Shown: positions 45,201 to 59,829 of the stretch, piece by piece
Numbering within the stretch: position 1 is the first letter of the stretch
Layout: every line of letters starts with the position of its first letter
Source: the human T2T-CHM13v2.0 reference genome, Homo sapiens
Reading direction: 5' to 3' (one strand)
DNA: 64,000 nucleotides
Assembly (NCBI RefSeq): GCF_009914755.1
Contig: NC_060937.1
Made by a program: the position numbers and the translations under genes
The notes under the pieces: model-generated
The model's input: only the letters and a program-made list of their open reading frames with translations
Told to the model about the DNA's origin: nothing
Database searches by the model: none

Positions 45201-48200
45201 AAAGTACATTAAATATATATTTTATTCTGTACATAAAATATCAAAGTACACCAGATATATATTCTATAGTGTACATAAAATTACAAAGTACACGAACCAT
45301 ACACTATATACTGTACATAAAATATGAAATTACATCAAATATATATTAGGTAAATAAAATATGAAAGTACATCAAATATAGATTATATACTGTACATAAA
45401 AGATCAAAGTACCCCAAATATATATTATATACTCTACATGAAATATCAAAGTTCACAAACTATATATTATATATTGTACATAAAATATCAAAGTACCCAA
45501 GGTATATATTCTATACTGTACAAAAAATATCAAAGTACCCAAAGCATGTATTATATACTGTACATAAAATATGAAAGTACATCAAATATATATTTTATTC
45601 TGTACATAAAATATCAAAGTTCACCAGATATATATTCTATAGTGTACATAAAATAACAAAGTACACAAACTATACATTATATACTGTACATAAAATATGA
45701 AATTACATGAAATATATTTTATATTAGGTACATAAAATGTGAAAGTACATCAAATATAGATTATATACTGTACATTAAATACCAAAGTACCCCAAATATA
45801 TATTTTATACTGTACATGAAATATCAAAGTTCACAAACTATATATTATATACTGTACATATAATATCAAACTACCCGAGGTATATATTCTATACTGTACA
45901 AAAAATATCAAAGTACCAAAAGCATGTATTATATACTGTACCTAAAATATGAAAGTACATCAAATATATATTTTATTCTGTACATAAAATATCAAAGTAC
46001 ACCAGATATATATTCTATAGTGTACATAAAATATAAAAGTACCCAAACTATACATTATATACTGTACATAAAATATGAAATTACATCAAATATATATTAG
46101 GTACATAAAATATGAAAGTACATCAAATATAGATTATATACTGTACATAAAATATCAAAGTACCCCAAATATATATTATATACTCTACATGAAATATCAA
46201 AGTTCACAAACTATATATTATATACTGTACATAAAATATCAAAGTACCCAAGGTATATATTCTATACTGTACAAAAAATATCAAAGTACCCAAAGCATGT
46301 ATTATATACTGTACATAAAATATGAAAGTACATCAAATATATATTTTATTCTGTACATAAAATATCAAAGTACACCAGATATATATTCTATAGTGTACAT
46401 AAAATATCAAAGTACCCAAACTATACATTATATACTGTACATAAAATATGAAATTACATCAAATATATATTATATTAGGTACATAAAATATGAAAGTACA
46501 TCAAATATAGATTATATACTGTTCATAAAATATCAAAGTACCCCAAATATATATTATATACTCTACATGAAATATCAAAGTTCACAAACTATATATTATA
46601 TACTGTGCCTAAAATATAAAAGTACCCAAGGTATATATTCTATACTGTACAAAAAATATCAAAGTACTCAAAGCATGTATTATATACTGTACATAAAATA
46701 TGAAAATACATCAAATATATATTTTATTCTGTGCATAAAATATCAAAGTACACCAGATATATATTCTATACTGTACATAAAATAACAAAGTACACAAACT
46801 ATACATTATATACTGTACATAAAATATGAAATTACATCAAATATATATTAGGTACATAAAATATGCAATTACATCAAATATAGATTATATACTGTACATA
46901 AAATATCAAAGTACCCCAAATATATATTATATACTCTACATGAAATATCAAAGTTCACAAACTATATATTATATACTGTACATAAAATATCAAAGTACCC
47001 AAGGTATATATTCTATACTGTACAAAAAACATCAAAGTACCCAAAGCATGTATTATATACTGTATATAAAATATGAAAGTACATCAAATATATATTTTAT
47101 TCTGCACATAAAATATGAAAATACACCAGATATATATTCTATAGTGTACATAAAATAACAAAGTACACAAACTATACATTATATACTGTACATAAAATAT
47201 GAAATTACATCAAATATATATTAGGTACATAAAATATGAAAGTACATCAAATATAGATTATATACTGTACATATAATATCAATGTACCCCAAATATATAT
47301 TTTATACTCTACATGAAATATCAAAGTTCACAAACTATATACTATATACTGTACATATAATATCAAAGTACCCAAGGTATATATTCTATACTGTACAAAA
47401 AATAACAAAGTACCAAAAGCATGTATTATATACTGTACCTAAAATATGAAAGTACATCAAATATATATTTTATTCTCTACATAAAATATCAAAGTACACC
47501 AGATATATATTCTATAGTGTACTTAAAATATCACAGTACCCAAACTATACATTATATACTGTACATAAAATATGAAATTACATAAAATATATATTATATT
47601 AGGTACATAAAATATGAAATTTCATAAAATATATATTATATTAGGTACATAAAATATGAAAGTACATCAAATATAGATTATATACTGTACATTAAATACC
47701 AAAGTACCCCAAATATATATTTTATACTGTACATGAAATATCAAAGTTCACAAACTATATATTATATACTGTACATAAAATACCAAAGTACCCAAGGTAT
47801 ATATTCTATACTGTACAAAAAATATCAAAGTACCCAAAGCATGTATTATATACTGTACATAAAATATGAAAGTACATCAAATATATATTTTATTCTGTAC
47901 ATAAAATATCAAAGTACACCAGATATATATTCTATAGTGTACATAAAATAACAAAGTACACAAACTATGCATTATATACTGTACATAAAATATGAAATTA
48001 CATCAAATATATATTAGGTACATAAAATATGAAAGTACATCAAATATAGATTATATACTGTACATAAAATATCAAAGTACCCCAAATATATATTATATAC
48101 TCTACATGAAATATCAAAGTTCACAAACTATATATTATATACTGTACATAAAATATCAAAGTACCCAAGGTATATATTCTATACTGTACAAAAAATATCA

Positions 48201-49528
48201 AAGTACCCAAAGCATGTATTATATACTGTATATAAAATATGAAAGTACATCAAATATATATTTTATTCTGCACATAAAATATCAAAATACACCAGATATA
48301 TATTCTATAGTGTACATAAAATAACAAAGTACACAAACTATACATTATATACTGTACATAAAATATGAAATTACATCAAATATATATTAGGTACATAAAA
48401 TATGAAAGTACATCAAATATAGATTATATACTGTACATATAATATCAACGTACCCCAAATATATATTTTATACTCTACATGAAATATCAAAGTTCACAAA
48501 CCATATATTATATACTGTACATAAAATATCAAAGTACCCAAGGTATATATTCTATACTGTACAAAAAATATCAAAGTACCCAAAGCATGTATTATATAAT
48601 GTACATAAAATATGAAAGTACATCAAATATAGATTATATACTGTACATAAAATATCAAAGTACCCCAAATATATATTATATACTCTACATGAAATATCAA
48701 AGTTCACAAACTACATATTATATACTGTACATAAAATATGAAATTACATCAAATATATTTTATATTAGGTACATAAAATATGAAAGTACATCAAATATAG
48801 ATTATATACTTTACATTAAATACCAAAGTACCCCAAATATATATTTTATACTGTACATGAAATATCAAAGTTCACAAACTATATATTATATACTGTAAAT
48901 GTAATATCAAAGTACCCAAGGTATATATTCTATACTGTACAAAAAATAAAAAAGTACCAAAAGCATGTATTATATACTGTACCTAAAATATGAAAGTACA
49001 TCAAATATATATTTTATTCTGTACATAAAATATCAAAGTACACCAGATATATATTCTATAGTTTACATAAAATATCAAAGTACCCAAACTATACATTATA
49101 TACTGTACATGAAATATGAAATTACATCAAATATATATTATATTAGGTATATAAAATATGAAAGTACATCAAATATAGATTATATACTGTACATTAAATA
49201 CCAAAGTACACCAAATGTATATTTTATACTGTACGTGAAATATCAAAGTTCTCAAACTATATATTATATACTGTACATAAAATATCAAAGTACCCAAGAT
49301 ATATATTCTATACTGTACAAAAAATATCAAAGTACCCAAAGCATGTATTATATACTGTACATAAAATATGAAAGTACATCAAATATATATTTTATTCTGT
49401 ACATAAAATATCAAAGTACACCAGATATATATTACATAGTGTACATAAAATATCAAAGTACCCAAACTATACATTATATACTGTACATAAAATATGAAAT
49501 TACATCAAATATATATTATATTAGGTAC
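38932..49528 (+). repeat. Complete, near-identical 5299-bp tandem duplication (~38932..44230 and ~44231..49528)
   Basis: Eight ORF pairs are offset by exactly 5299 (39496/44795 through 43666/48965), with identical translations over the shared span. Confidence 0.95.
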
Positions 49529-52500
49529 ATAAAATATGAAAGTACATCAAATATAGATTATATACTGTACATTAAATACCAAAGTACCCCAAATATATAT
49601 TTTATACTGTACATGGAATATCAAAGTTCACACACTATATATTATATACTGTACATAAAATATCAAAGTACCCAAGGTATATATTTTATACTGTACAAAA
49701 AATATCAAAGTACCCAAAGCATGTATTATATACTGTATATAAAATATGAAAATACATCAAATATATATTTTATTCTGTACATATAATATCAAAGTACACC
49801 AGATATATATTCTATAGTGTACATAAAATAACAAAGTACACAAACTATAAATTATATACTGTACATAAAATATGAAATTACATCAAATACATATTTGGTA
49901 CATAAAATATGAAAGTACATCAAATATAGATTATATACTGTACATAAAATATCAATGTACCCCAAATATATATTTTATACTCTACATGAAATATCAAAGT
50001 TCACAAACCATATATTATATACTGTACATAAAATATCAAAGTACCCAATGTATATATTCTATACTGTACAAAAAATATCAAAGTACCCAAAGCATGTATT
50101 ATATACTGTACATAAAATATGAAAGTACATCAAATATATATTTTATTCTGTACATAAAATATCAAAGTACACCAGATATATATTCTATAGTGTACATAAA
50201 ATATCAAAGTACCCAAACTATACATTATATACTGTACATAAAATATGAAATTACATCAAATATATATTAGGTACATAAAATATGAAAGTACATCAAATAT
50301 AGATTATATACTGTACATAAAATATCAAAGTACACCAAATATATATTATATACTCTACATGAAATATCAAAGTTCAGAAACTATATATTATATACTGTAC
50401 ATAAAATATCAAAATAACCAAGGTATATATTCTATACTGCACAAAAAATATCAAAGTACCCAAAGCATGTATTATATACTGTACATAAAATATGAAAGTA
50501 CATCAAATATATATTTAATTCTGTACATAAAATATCAAAGTACACCAGATATATATTCTATAGTGTACTTAAAATATCACAGTACCCAAACTATACATTA
50601 TATACTGTACATAAAATATGAAATTACATAAAATATATATTATATTAGGTACATAAAATATGAAATTTCATAAAATATATATTATATTAGGTACATAAAA
50701 TATGAAAGTACATCAAATATAGATTATATACTGTACATTAAATACCAAAGTACCCCAAATATATATTTTATACTGTATATGAAATATCAAACTTCACAAA
50801 CTATATATTATAAACTGTACATAAAATATCAAAGTACCCAAGGTATATCTTCTATACTGTACAAAAGATATCAAAGTACCCAAAGCATGTATTATATACT
50901 GTACATAAAATATGAAAGTACATCAAATATATATTTTATTCTGTACATAAAATATCAAAGTACCCAAGGTATATATTCTATACTGTACAAAAAATATCAA
51001 AGTACCCAAAGCATGTATTATATACTGTATATAAAATATGAAATTACATCAAATATATATTATATTAGGTACATAAAATATGAAAGTACATCAAATATAG
51101 ATTATATACTGTACATTAAATACCAAAGTACCCCAAATATATATTTTATACTGTACATGAAATTTCAAAGTTCACAAACTATATATTATATACTGTACTT
51201 AAAATATCAAAGTACCCAAGGTATATATTCTATACTGTACAAAAAATATCAAAGTACCTAAAGCATGTATTATATACTGTACATAAAATATGAAAGTACA
51301 TCAAATATATATTTTATTCTGTTCATAAAATATCAAAGTACACCAGATATATATTCTATAGTGTACATAAAATATCAAAGAACACAAACTATACATTATA
51401 TACTGTACATAAAATATGAAATTACATCAAATATATATTAGGTACATAAAATATGAAAGTACATCAAATATAGATTATATACTGTACATAAAATATCAAT
51501 GTACCCCAAATATATATTATATACTCTACATGAAATATCAAAGTTCACAAACTATATATTATATACTGTACATAAAATATCAAAGTACCCAAGGTATATA
51601 TTCTATACTGTACAAAAAATATCAAAGTACCCAAAGCATGTATTATATACTGTATATAAAATATGAAAGTACATCAAATATATATTTTATTCTGTACATA
51701 AAATATCAAAGTACACCAGATATATATTCTATAGTGTACATAAAATAACAAAGTACACAAACTATACATTATATACTGTACATAAAATATGAAATTACAT
51801 CAAATATATATTAGGTACATAAAATATGAAAGTACATCAAATATAGATTATATACTGTACATAAAATATCAATGTACCCTAAATATATATTTTATACTAT
51901 ACATGAAATATCAAAGTTCACAAACCATATATTATATACTGTACATAAAATATCAAAGTACCCAAGGTATATATTCTATACTCTACAAAAATATCAAAGT
52001 ACCCAAAGCATGTATTATATACTGTATATAAAATATGAAACTACATCAAATATATATTTTATTCTGTACATAATATATCAAAGTACACCAGATATATATT
52101 CTATAGTGTACATAAAGTAACAAATTACACAAACTATAAATTATATACTGTACATAAAATATGAAATTACTTCAAATATATATTAGGTACATAAAATATG
52201 AAAGTACATCAAATATAGATTATATACTGTACATAAAATATCAATGTACCCCAAATATATATTTTATACTCTACATGAAATATCAAAGTTCACAAACCAT
52301 ATATTATATACTGTACATAAAATATCAAAGTACCCAAGGTATGTATTCTATACTGTACAAAAAATATCAAAGTAACCGAAGCATGTATTATATACTGTAC
52401 ATAAAATATGAAAGTACATCAAATATATATTTTATTCTGTACATAAAATATCAAAGTACACCAGATATATATTCTATAGAGTACATAAAATATCAAAGTA

Positions 52501-52563
52501 CCCAAACTATACATTATATACTGTACATAAAATATGAAATTACATCAAATATATATTATATTA

Positions 52564-52726
52564 GGTACATAAAATATGAAAGTACATCAAATATATATTT
52601 TATTCTGTACATATAATATCAAAGTACACCAGATATATATTATATAGTGTACATAAAATATCAAAGTACCCAAACTATACATTATATACTGTACATAAAA
52701 TATGAAATTACATCAAATATATATTA
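52564..52726 (+). repeat. Truncated 4-mer HOR (163 bp)
   Basis: AGGTAC at 52563 and 52726, with an M2/M7 hybrid junction. Confidence 0.88.
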
Positions 52727-53100
52727 GGTACATAAAATATGAAAGTACATCAAATATAGATTATATACTGTACATAAAATATCAAAGTACCCCAAATATA
52801 TATTTTATACTGTATATGAAATATCAAAGTTCACAAACTATATATTATATACTGTACAAAAAAATATCAAAGTACCCAAGGTATATATTCTATAATGTAC
52901 AAAAAATATCAAAGTACCCAAAGCATGTATTATATACTGTACATAAAATATGAAAGTACATCAAATATATATTTTATTCTGTACATAAAATATCAAGGTA
53001 CACCAGATATATATTCTATAGTGTACATAAAATAGCAAAGTACACAAACTATAAATTATATACTGTACATAAAATATGAAATTACATCAAATATATATTA

Positions 53101-53352
53101 GGTACATAAAATATGAAAGTACATCAAACATAGATTATATACTGTACATAAAATATCAATGTACCCCAAACATATATTTTATACTCTACATGAAATATCA
53201 AAGTTCACAAACCATATATTGTATACTGTACATAAAATATCAAAGTACCCTAGGTATGTATTCTATACTGTACAAAAAATATCAAAGTACCCAAAGCATG
53301 TATTATATACTGTACATAAAATATGAAAATACATCAAATATATATTATATTA
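53101..53352 (+). repeat. Truncated 6-mer HOR (252 bp; M6 joined to an M7/M1 hybrid)
   Basis: AGGTAC at 53100 and 53352. Confidence 0.88.
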
Positions 53353-56300
53353 GGTACATAAAATATGAAAGTACATCAAATATAGATTATATACTGTACA
53401 TTAAATACCCAAGTACCCCAAATATATATTTTATACTGTACATGAAATATCAAATTTCACAAACTATATATTATATACTGTACATAAAATATCAAAGTAC
53501 CCAAGGTACATATTCTATACTGTACAAAAAATATCAAAGTACCCAAAGCATGTATTATAAACTATACATAAAATATGAAATTACGTTAACTATATATTTT
53601 ATTCTGTACATAAAATATCAAAGTACACCAGATATATATTCTATAGTGTACATAAAATATCAAAGTACCCAAACTATACATTATATACTGTACATAAAAT
53701 ATGAAATTACATCAAATATATATTATATTAGGTACATAAAATATGAAAGTCATCAAATATAGATTATATACGGTACATTAAGTACCAAATTACCCCAAAT
53801 ATATATTTTATACTGTACATGAAATATCAAAGTTCACAAACTATATATTATATACTGTACATAAAATATCAAAGTACCCAAGGTATATATTCTATACTGT
53901 ACAAAAGATATCAAAGTACCCAAAGCAAGTATTATATACTGTACATAAAATATGAAAGTACATCAAATATATATTTTATTCTGTACATAAAATATCAAAG
54001 TACACCAGATATATATTCTATAGTGTACATAAAATATCAAAGTACCCAAACTATACATTATATACTGTACATAAAATATGAAATTACATCAAATATATAT
54101 TATATTAGGTACATAAAATATGAAAGTACATCAAATATAGATTATATACTGTACATAAAATATCAAAGTACCCCAAATATATATTATATACTGTACATGA
54201 AATATCAAAGTTCACAAACTATATATTATATACTGTACATACAATATAAAAGTACCCAAGGTATATATTCTATACTGTAAAAAATATAAAAGTACCCAAA
54301 GCATGTATTATATACTGTATATAAAATATGAAAGTACATCAAATATATATTTTATTCTGTACATAATATATCAAAGTACACCAGATATATATTCTATAGT
54401 GTACATAAAATAACAAAGTACACAAACTATAAATTATATACTGTACATAAAATATTAAATTACATCAAATATATATTAGGTACATAAAATATGAAAGTAC
54501 ATCAAATATAGATTATATACTGTACATAAAATATCAATGTACCCCAAATATCTATTTTATACTCTACATGAAATATCAAAGTTCACAAACCATATATTAT
54601 ATACTGTACATAAAATATCAAAGTACCCAAGGTATGTATTCTATACTGTACAAAAAATATCAAAGTACCCAATGCATGTATTATATACTGTACATAAAAT
54701 ATGAAAGTACATCAAGTATATATTTTATTCTGTACATAAAATATCAAAGTACACCAGATATATATTCTATAGAGTACATAAAATATCAAAGTACCCAAAC
54801 TATACATTATATACTGTACATAAAATATGAAATTACATCAAATATATATTATATTAGGTACATAAAACATGAAAGTACATCAAATATAGATTATATACTG
54901 TACATAAAATATCAAAGTACCCCAAATATATATTATATACTGTACATGAAATATCAAAGTTCACAAACTATATATTATATACTGTACATAAAATATCAAA
55001 GTACCCAAGGTATATATTCTATACTGCACAAAAAATATCAAAGTACCCAAAGCATGTATTATATACTGTATATAAAATATGAAAGTACATCAAATATATA
55101 TTTTATTCTGTACATAAAATATCAAAGTACACCAGATATATATTCTATAGTGTACATAAAATAACAAAGTACACAAACTATAAATTATATACTGTACATA
55201 AAATATGAAATTACATCAAATATATATTAGGTACATAAAATATGAAAGTACATCAAATATAGAATATATACTGTACATAAAATATCAAAGTACGCCAAAT
55301 ATATATTTTATACTGTACATGAAATATCAAAGTTCACAAACTATATATTATATACTGTACATAAAATATCAAAGTACCCAAGGTATATATTATATACTGT
55401 ACAAAAAATATCAAAGTACCCAAAGCATGTATTATATACTGTACATAAAATATGAAAGTACATCAAATATATATTTTATTCTGTACAAAAAATATCAAGG
55501 TACACCAGATATATATTCTATAGTGTACATAAAATATCAAAGTACCCAAAGTATAAATTATATACTGTACATAAAATATGAAATTACATCAAATATATAT
55601 TATATTATGTACATAAAATATGAAAGTACATCAAATATAGATTATATAATGTACATTAAATACCAAAGTACCCCAAATATATATTTTATACTGTACATGA
55701 AATATCAAAGTTCACAAACTATATGTTATATACTGTACATAAAATATCAAAGTACCCAAGGTATATATTCTATACTGTACAAAAAATATCAAAGTACCAA
55801 AAGCATGTATTTTATACTGTACCTAAAATATGAAAGTACATCAAATATATATTTTATTCTGTACATAAAATATCAAAGTACACAAGATATATATTCTATA
55901 GTGTACATAAAATAGCAAAGTACACAAACTATAAATTCTATACTATACATAAAATATGAAATTACATCAAATATATATTAGGTACATAAAATATGAAAGT
56001 ACATCAAATATAGATTATATACTGTACATTAAATACCAAAGTACCCCAAATATATATTTTATACTCTACATGAAATATCAAAGTTCACAAACCATATATT
56101 ATATACTGTACATAAAATATCAAAGTACCCAAGGTATATATTCTATACTGTACAAAAAATATCAAAGTACCCAAAGCATGTAGTATATACTGTATATAAA
56201 ATATGAAAGTACATCAAATATATATTTTATTCTGTACAAAAAATATCAAAGTACACCAGACATATATTCTATAGTGTACATAAAATATCAAAGTACCCAA

Positions 56301-59300
56301 ACTATACATTATATACTGTACATAAAATATGAAATTACATCAAATATATTTTATATTAGGTACATAAAATATGAAAGTACATCAAATATAGATTATATAC
56401 GGTACATTAAATACCAAAGTACCCCAAATATATATTTTATACTGTACATGAAATATCAAAGTTCACAAACTATATATTATATACTGTACATATAATATCT
56501 AAGTACCCGAGGTATATATTCTATATTGTACAAAAAAAATCAAAGTACCAAAAGCATGTATTATATACTGTACCTAAAATATGAAAGTACATCAAATATA
56601 TATTTTATTCTGCACATAAAATATCAAAGTACACCAGATACATATTCTATAGTGTACATAAAATATCAACGTACCCAAACTATACATTATATACTGTACA
56701 TAAAATATGAAATTACATCAAATATATATTAGGTACGTAAAATATGAAAGTACATCAAATATAGATTATATACTGTACATAAAATATCAAAGTACCCCAA
56801 ACATATATTATATACTGTACATGAAATATCAAAGTTCACAAACTATATATTATATACTGTACATAAAATATCAAAGTACCCAAGGTATATATTCTATACT
56901 GTACAAAAGATATCAAAGTACCCAAAGCATGTATTATATACTGTACATAAAATATGAAAGTACATCAAATATATATTTTATTCTGTACATAAAATATCAA
57001 AGTACACCAGATATATATTCTATAATGTACATAAAATATCAAAGTACCCAAACTATTTATTATATACTGTACATAAAATATGAAATTACATCAAATATAT
57101 ATTATATTAGGTACATAAAATATGAAAGTACATCACATATATAGATTATATGCTGTACATTAAATACCAAAGTACCCCAAATACATATTTTCTACTCTAC
57201 ATGAAATATCAAAGTTCACAACCATACATTATATACTGTACATAAAATATCAAAGTACCCAAGGTATATATTCTATACTTTACAAAAAATATCAAACTAC
57301 CCAAAGCATGTATTATATACTGTACATAAAATATGAAAGTACATCAAATATATATTTTATTCTGTACATATAATATCAAAGTACACCAGATATGTATTCT
57401 ATAGTGTACATAAAATATCAAAGTACCCAAACTATACATTATATACTGTACATAAAATACGAAATTACATCAAATATATATTAGGTACATAAAATATGAA
57501 AGTACATCAAATATAGATTATATACTGTACATAAAATATCAAAGTACCCCAAATATATATTATATACTGTATATGAAATATCAAAGTTCACAAACTATAT
57601 ATTATATACTGTACATAAAATATCAAAGTACCCAAGGTATATATTCTATACTGTACAAAAAATATGAAAGTACCCAATGCATGTATTATATACTGAACAT
57701 AAAATATGAAAGTACATCAAATATATATTTTATTCTGTACATAAAATATCAAAGTACACCAGATATATATTCTATAGTGTACATAAAATATCAAAATACC
57801 CAAACTATACATTATATACAGTACATAAATTATGAAATTACATCAAATATATATTATATTAGGTACATGAAATATGAAAGTACATCAAATATAGATTATA
57901 TACTGTACATTAAATACCAAAGTACCCCAAATATATATTTTATACTGTACATGAAATTTCAAAGTTCACCAACTATATATTATATACTGTACATAAAATA
58001 TCAAAGTACACAAGGTATATATTCTATACTGTACAAAAAATATCAAAGTACCCAAAGCATGTATTATATACTGTACATAAAATATGAAAGTACATCAAAT
58101 ATATATTTTATTCTGTACATAAAATATCAAAGTACACCAGATATTTATTCTATAGTGTACATAAAATATCAAAGTACCCAAACTATACATTATATACTGT
58201 ACATAAAATACGAAATTACATCAAATATATATTATAATAGGTACATAAAATATGAAAGTACATCAAATATAGATTATATACTGTACATTAAATACCAAAG
58301 TACCCCAAATATATATTTTATACTGTACATGAAATATCAAAGTTCACAAACTATATATTATATACTGTACATAAAATATCAAAGTACCCAAGGTATATAT
58401 TCTATACTGTACAAAAAATATCAAAGTACCCAAATCATGTATTATAAACTGTACATAAAATATGAAAGTACATCAAATATATATTTTATTCTGTACATAA
58501 TATATCAAAGTACACCAGATATATATTCTATAGTGTACATAAAATAACAAAGTACACAAACTATAAATTATATACTGTACATAAAATATGAAATTACATC
58601 AAATATATATTACGTACATAAAATATGAAAGTACATCTAATATAGATTATATACTGTACATAAAATATCAATGTACCCCAAATATATATTTTATACTCTA
58701 CATGAAATATCAAAGTTCAGAAACCATACATTGTATACTGTACATAAAATATCAAAATACCCAAAGTATATATTCTATACTGTACAAAAAATATCAAAGT
58801 ACCCAAAGCATGTATTATATACTGTACATAAAATATGAAAGTACATCAAATATATATTTTATTCTGTACAAAAAATATCAAAGTACACCAGACATATATT
58901 CTATAGTGTACATAAAATATCAAAGTACCCAAACTATACATTATATACTGTACATAAAATATGAAATTACATCAAATATATTTTATATTAGGTACATAAA
59001 ATATGAAAGTACATCAAATATAGATTATATACGGTACATTAAATACCAAAGTACCCCAAGTATATATTTTATACTGTACATGAAATATCAAAATTCACAA
59101 ACTATATATTATATACTGTACATAAAATATCAAAGTACCCAAGGTATATATTCTATACTGTACAAAAAATATCAAAGTACCCAAAGCATGTATTATATAC
59201 TGTATATAAAATATGAAAGTACATTACATATATATTTTATTCTGTACATAAAGTATCAAAGTACACCAGATATATATTCTATACTGTACATAAAATAACA

Positions 59301-59829
59301 AAGTACACAAACTATAAATTATATACTGTACATAAAATATGAAATTACATCAAATATATATTAGGTACATAAAATATGAAAGTACATCAAATATAGTTTA
59401 TATACTGTACATATAATATCAATGTACCCCAAATATATATTTTATACTCTACATGAATTATCAAAGTTCACAAACCATACATTATATACTGTACATAAAA
59501 TATCAAAGTACCCAAGGTATATATTCTATACTTTACAAAAAATATCAAAGTACCCAAAGCATGTATTATATACTGTACATAAAATATGAAAGTACATCAA
59601 ATATATATTTTATTCTGTACATAAAATATCAAAGTACACCAGATATATATTCTATAGTGTACATAAAATATCAAAGTACCCAAACTATACATTATATACT
59701 GTACATAAAACATGAAATTACATCAAATATATATTAGGTACATAAAATATGAAAGTACATCAAATATAGATTATATACTGTACATAAAATATCAAAGTAC
59801 CCAAATATATATTTTATACTGTATATGAA

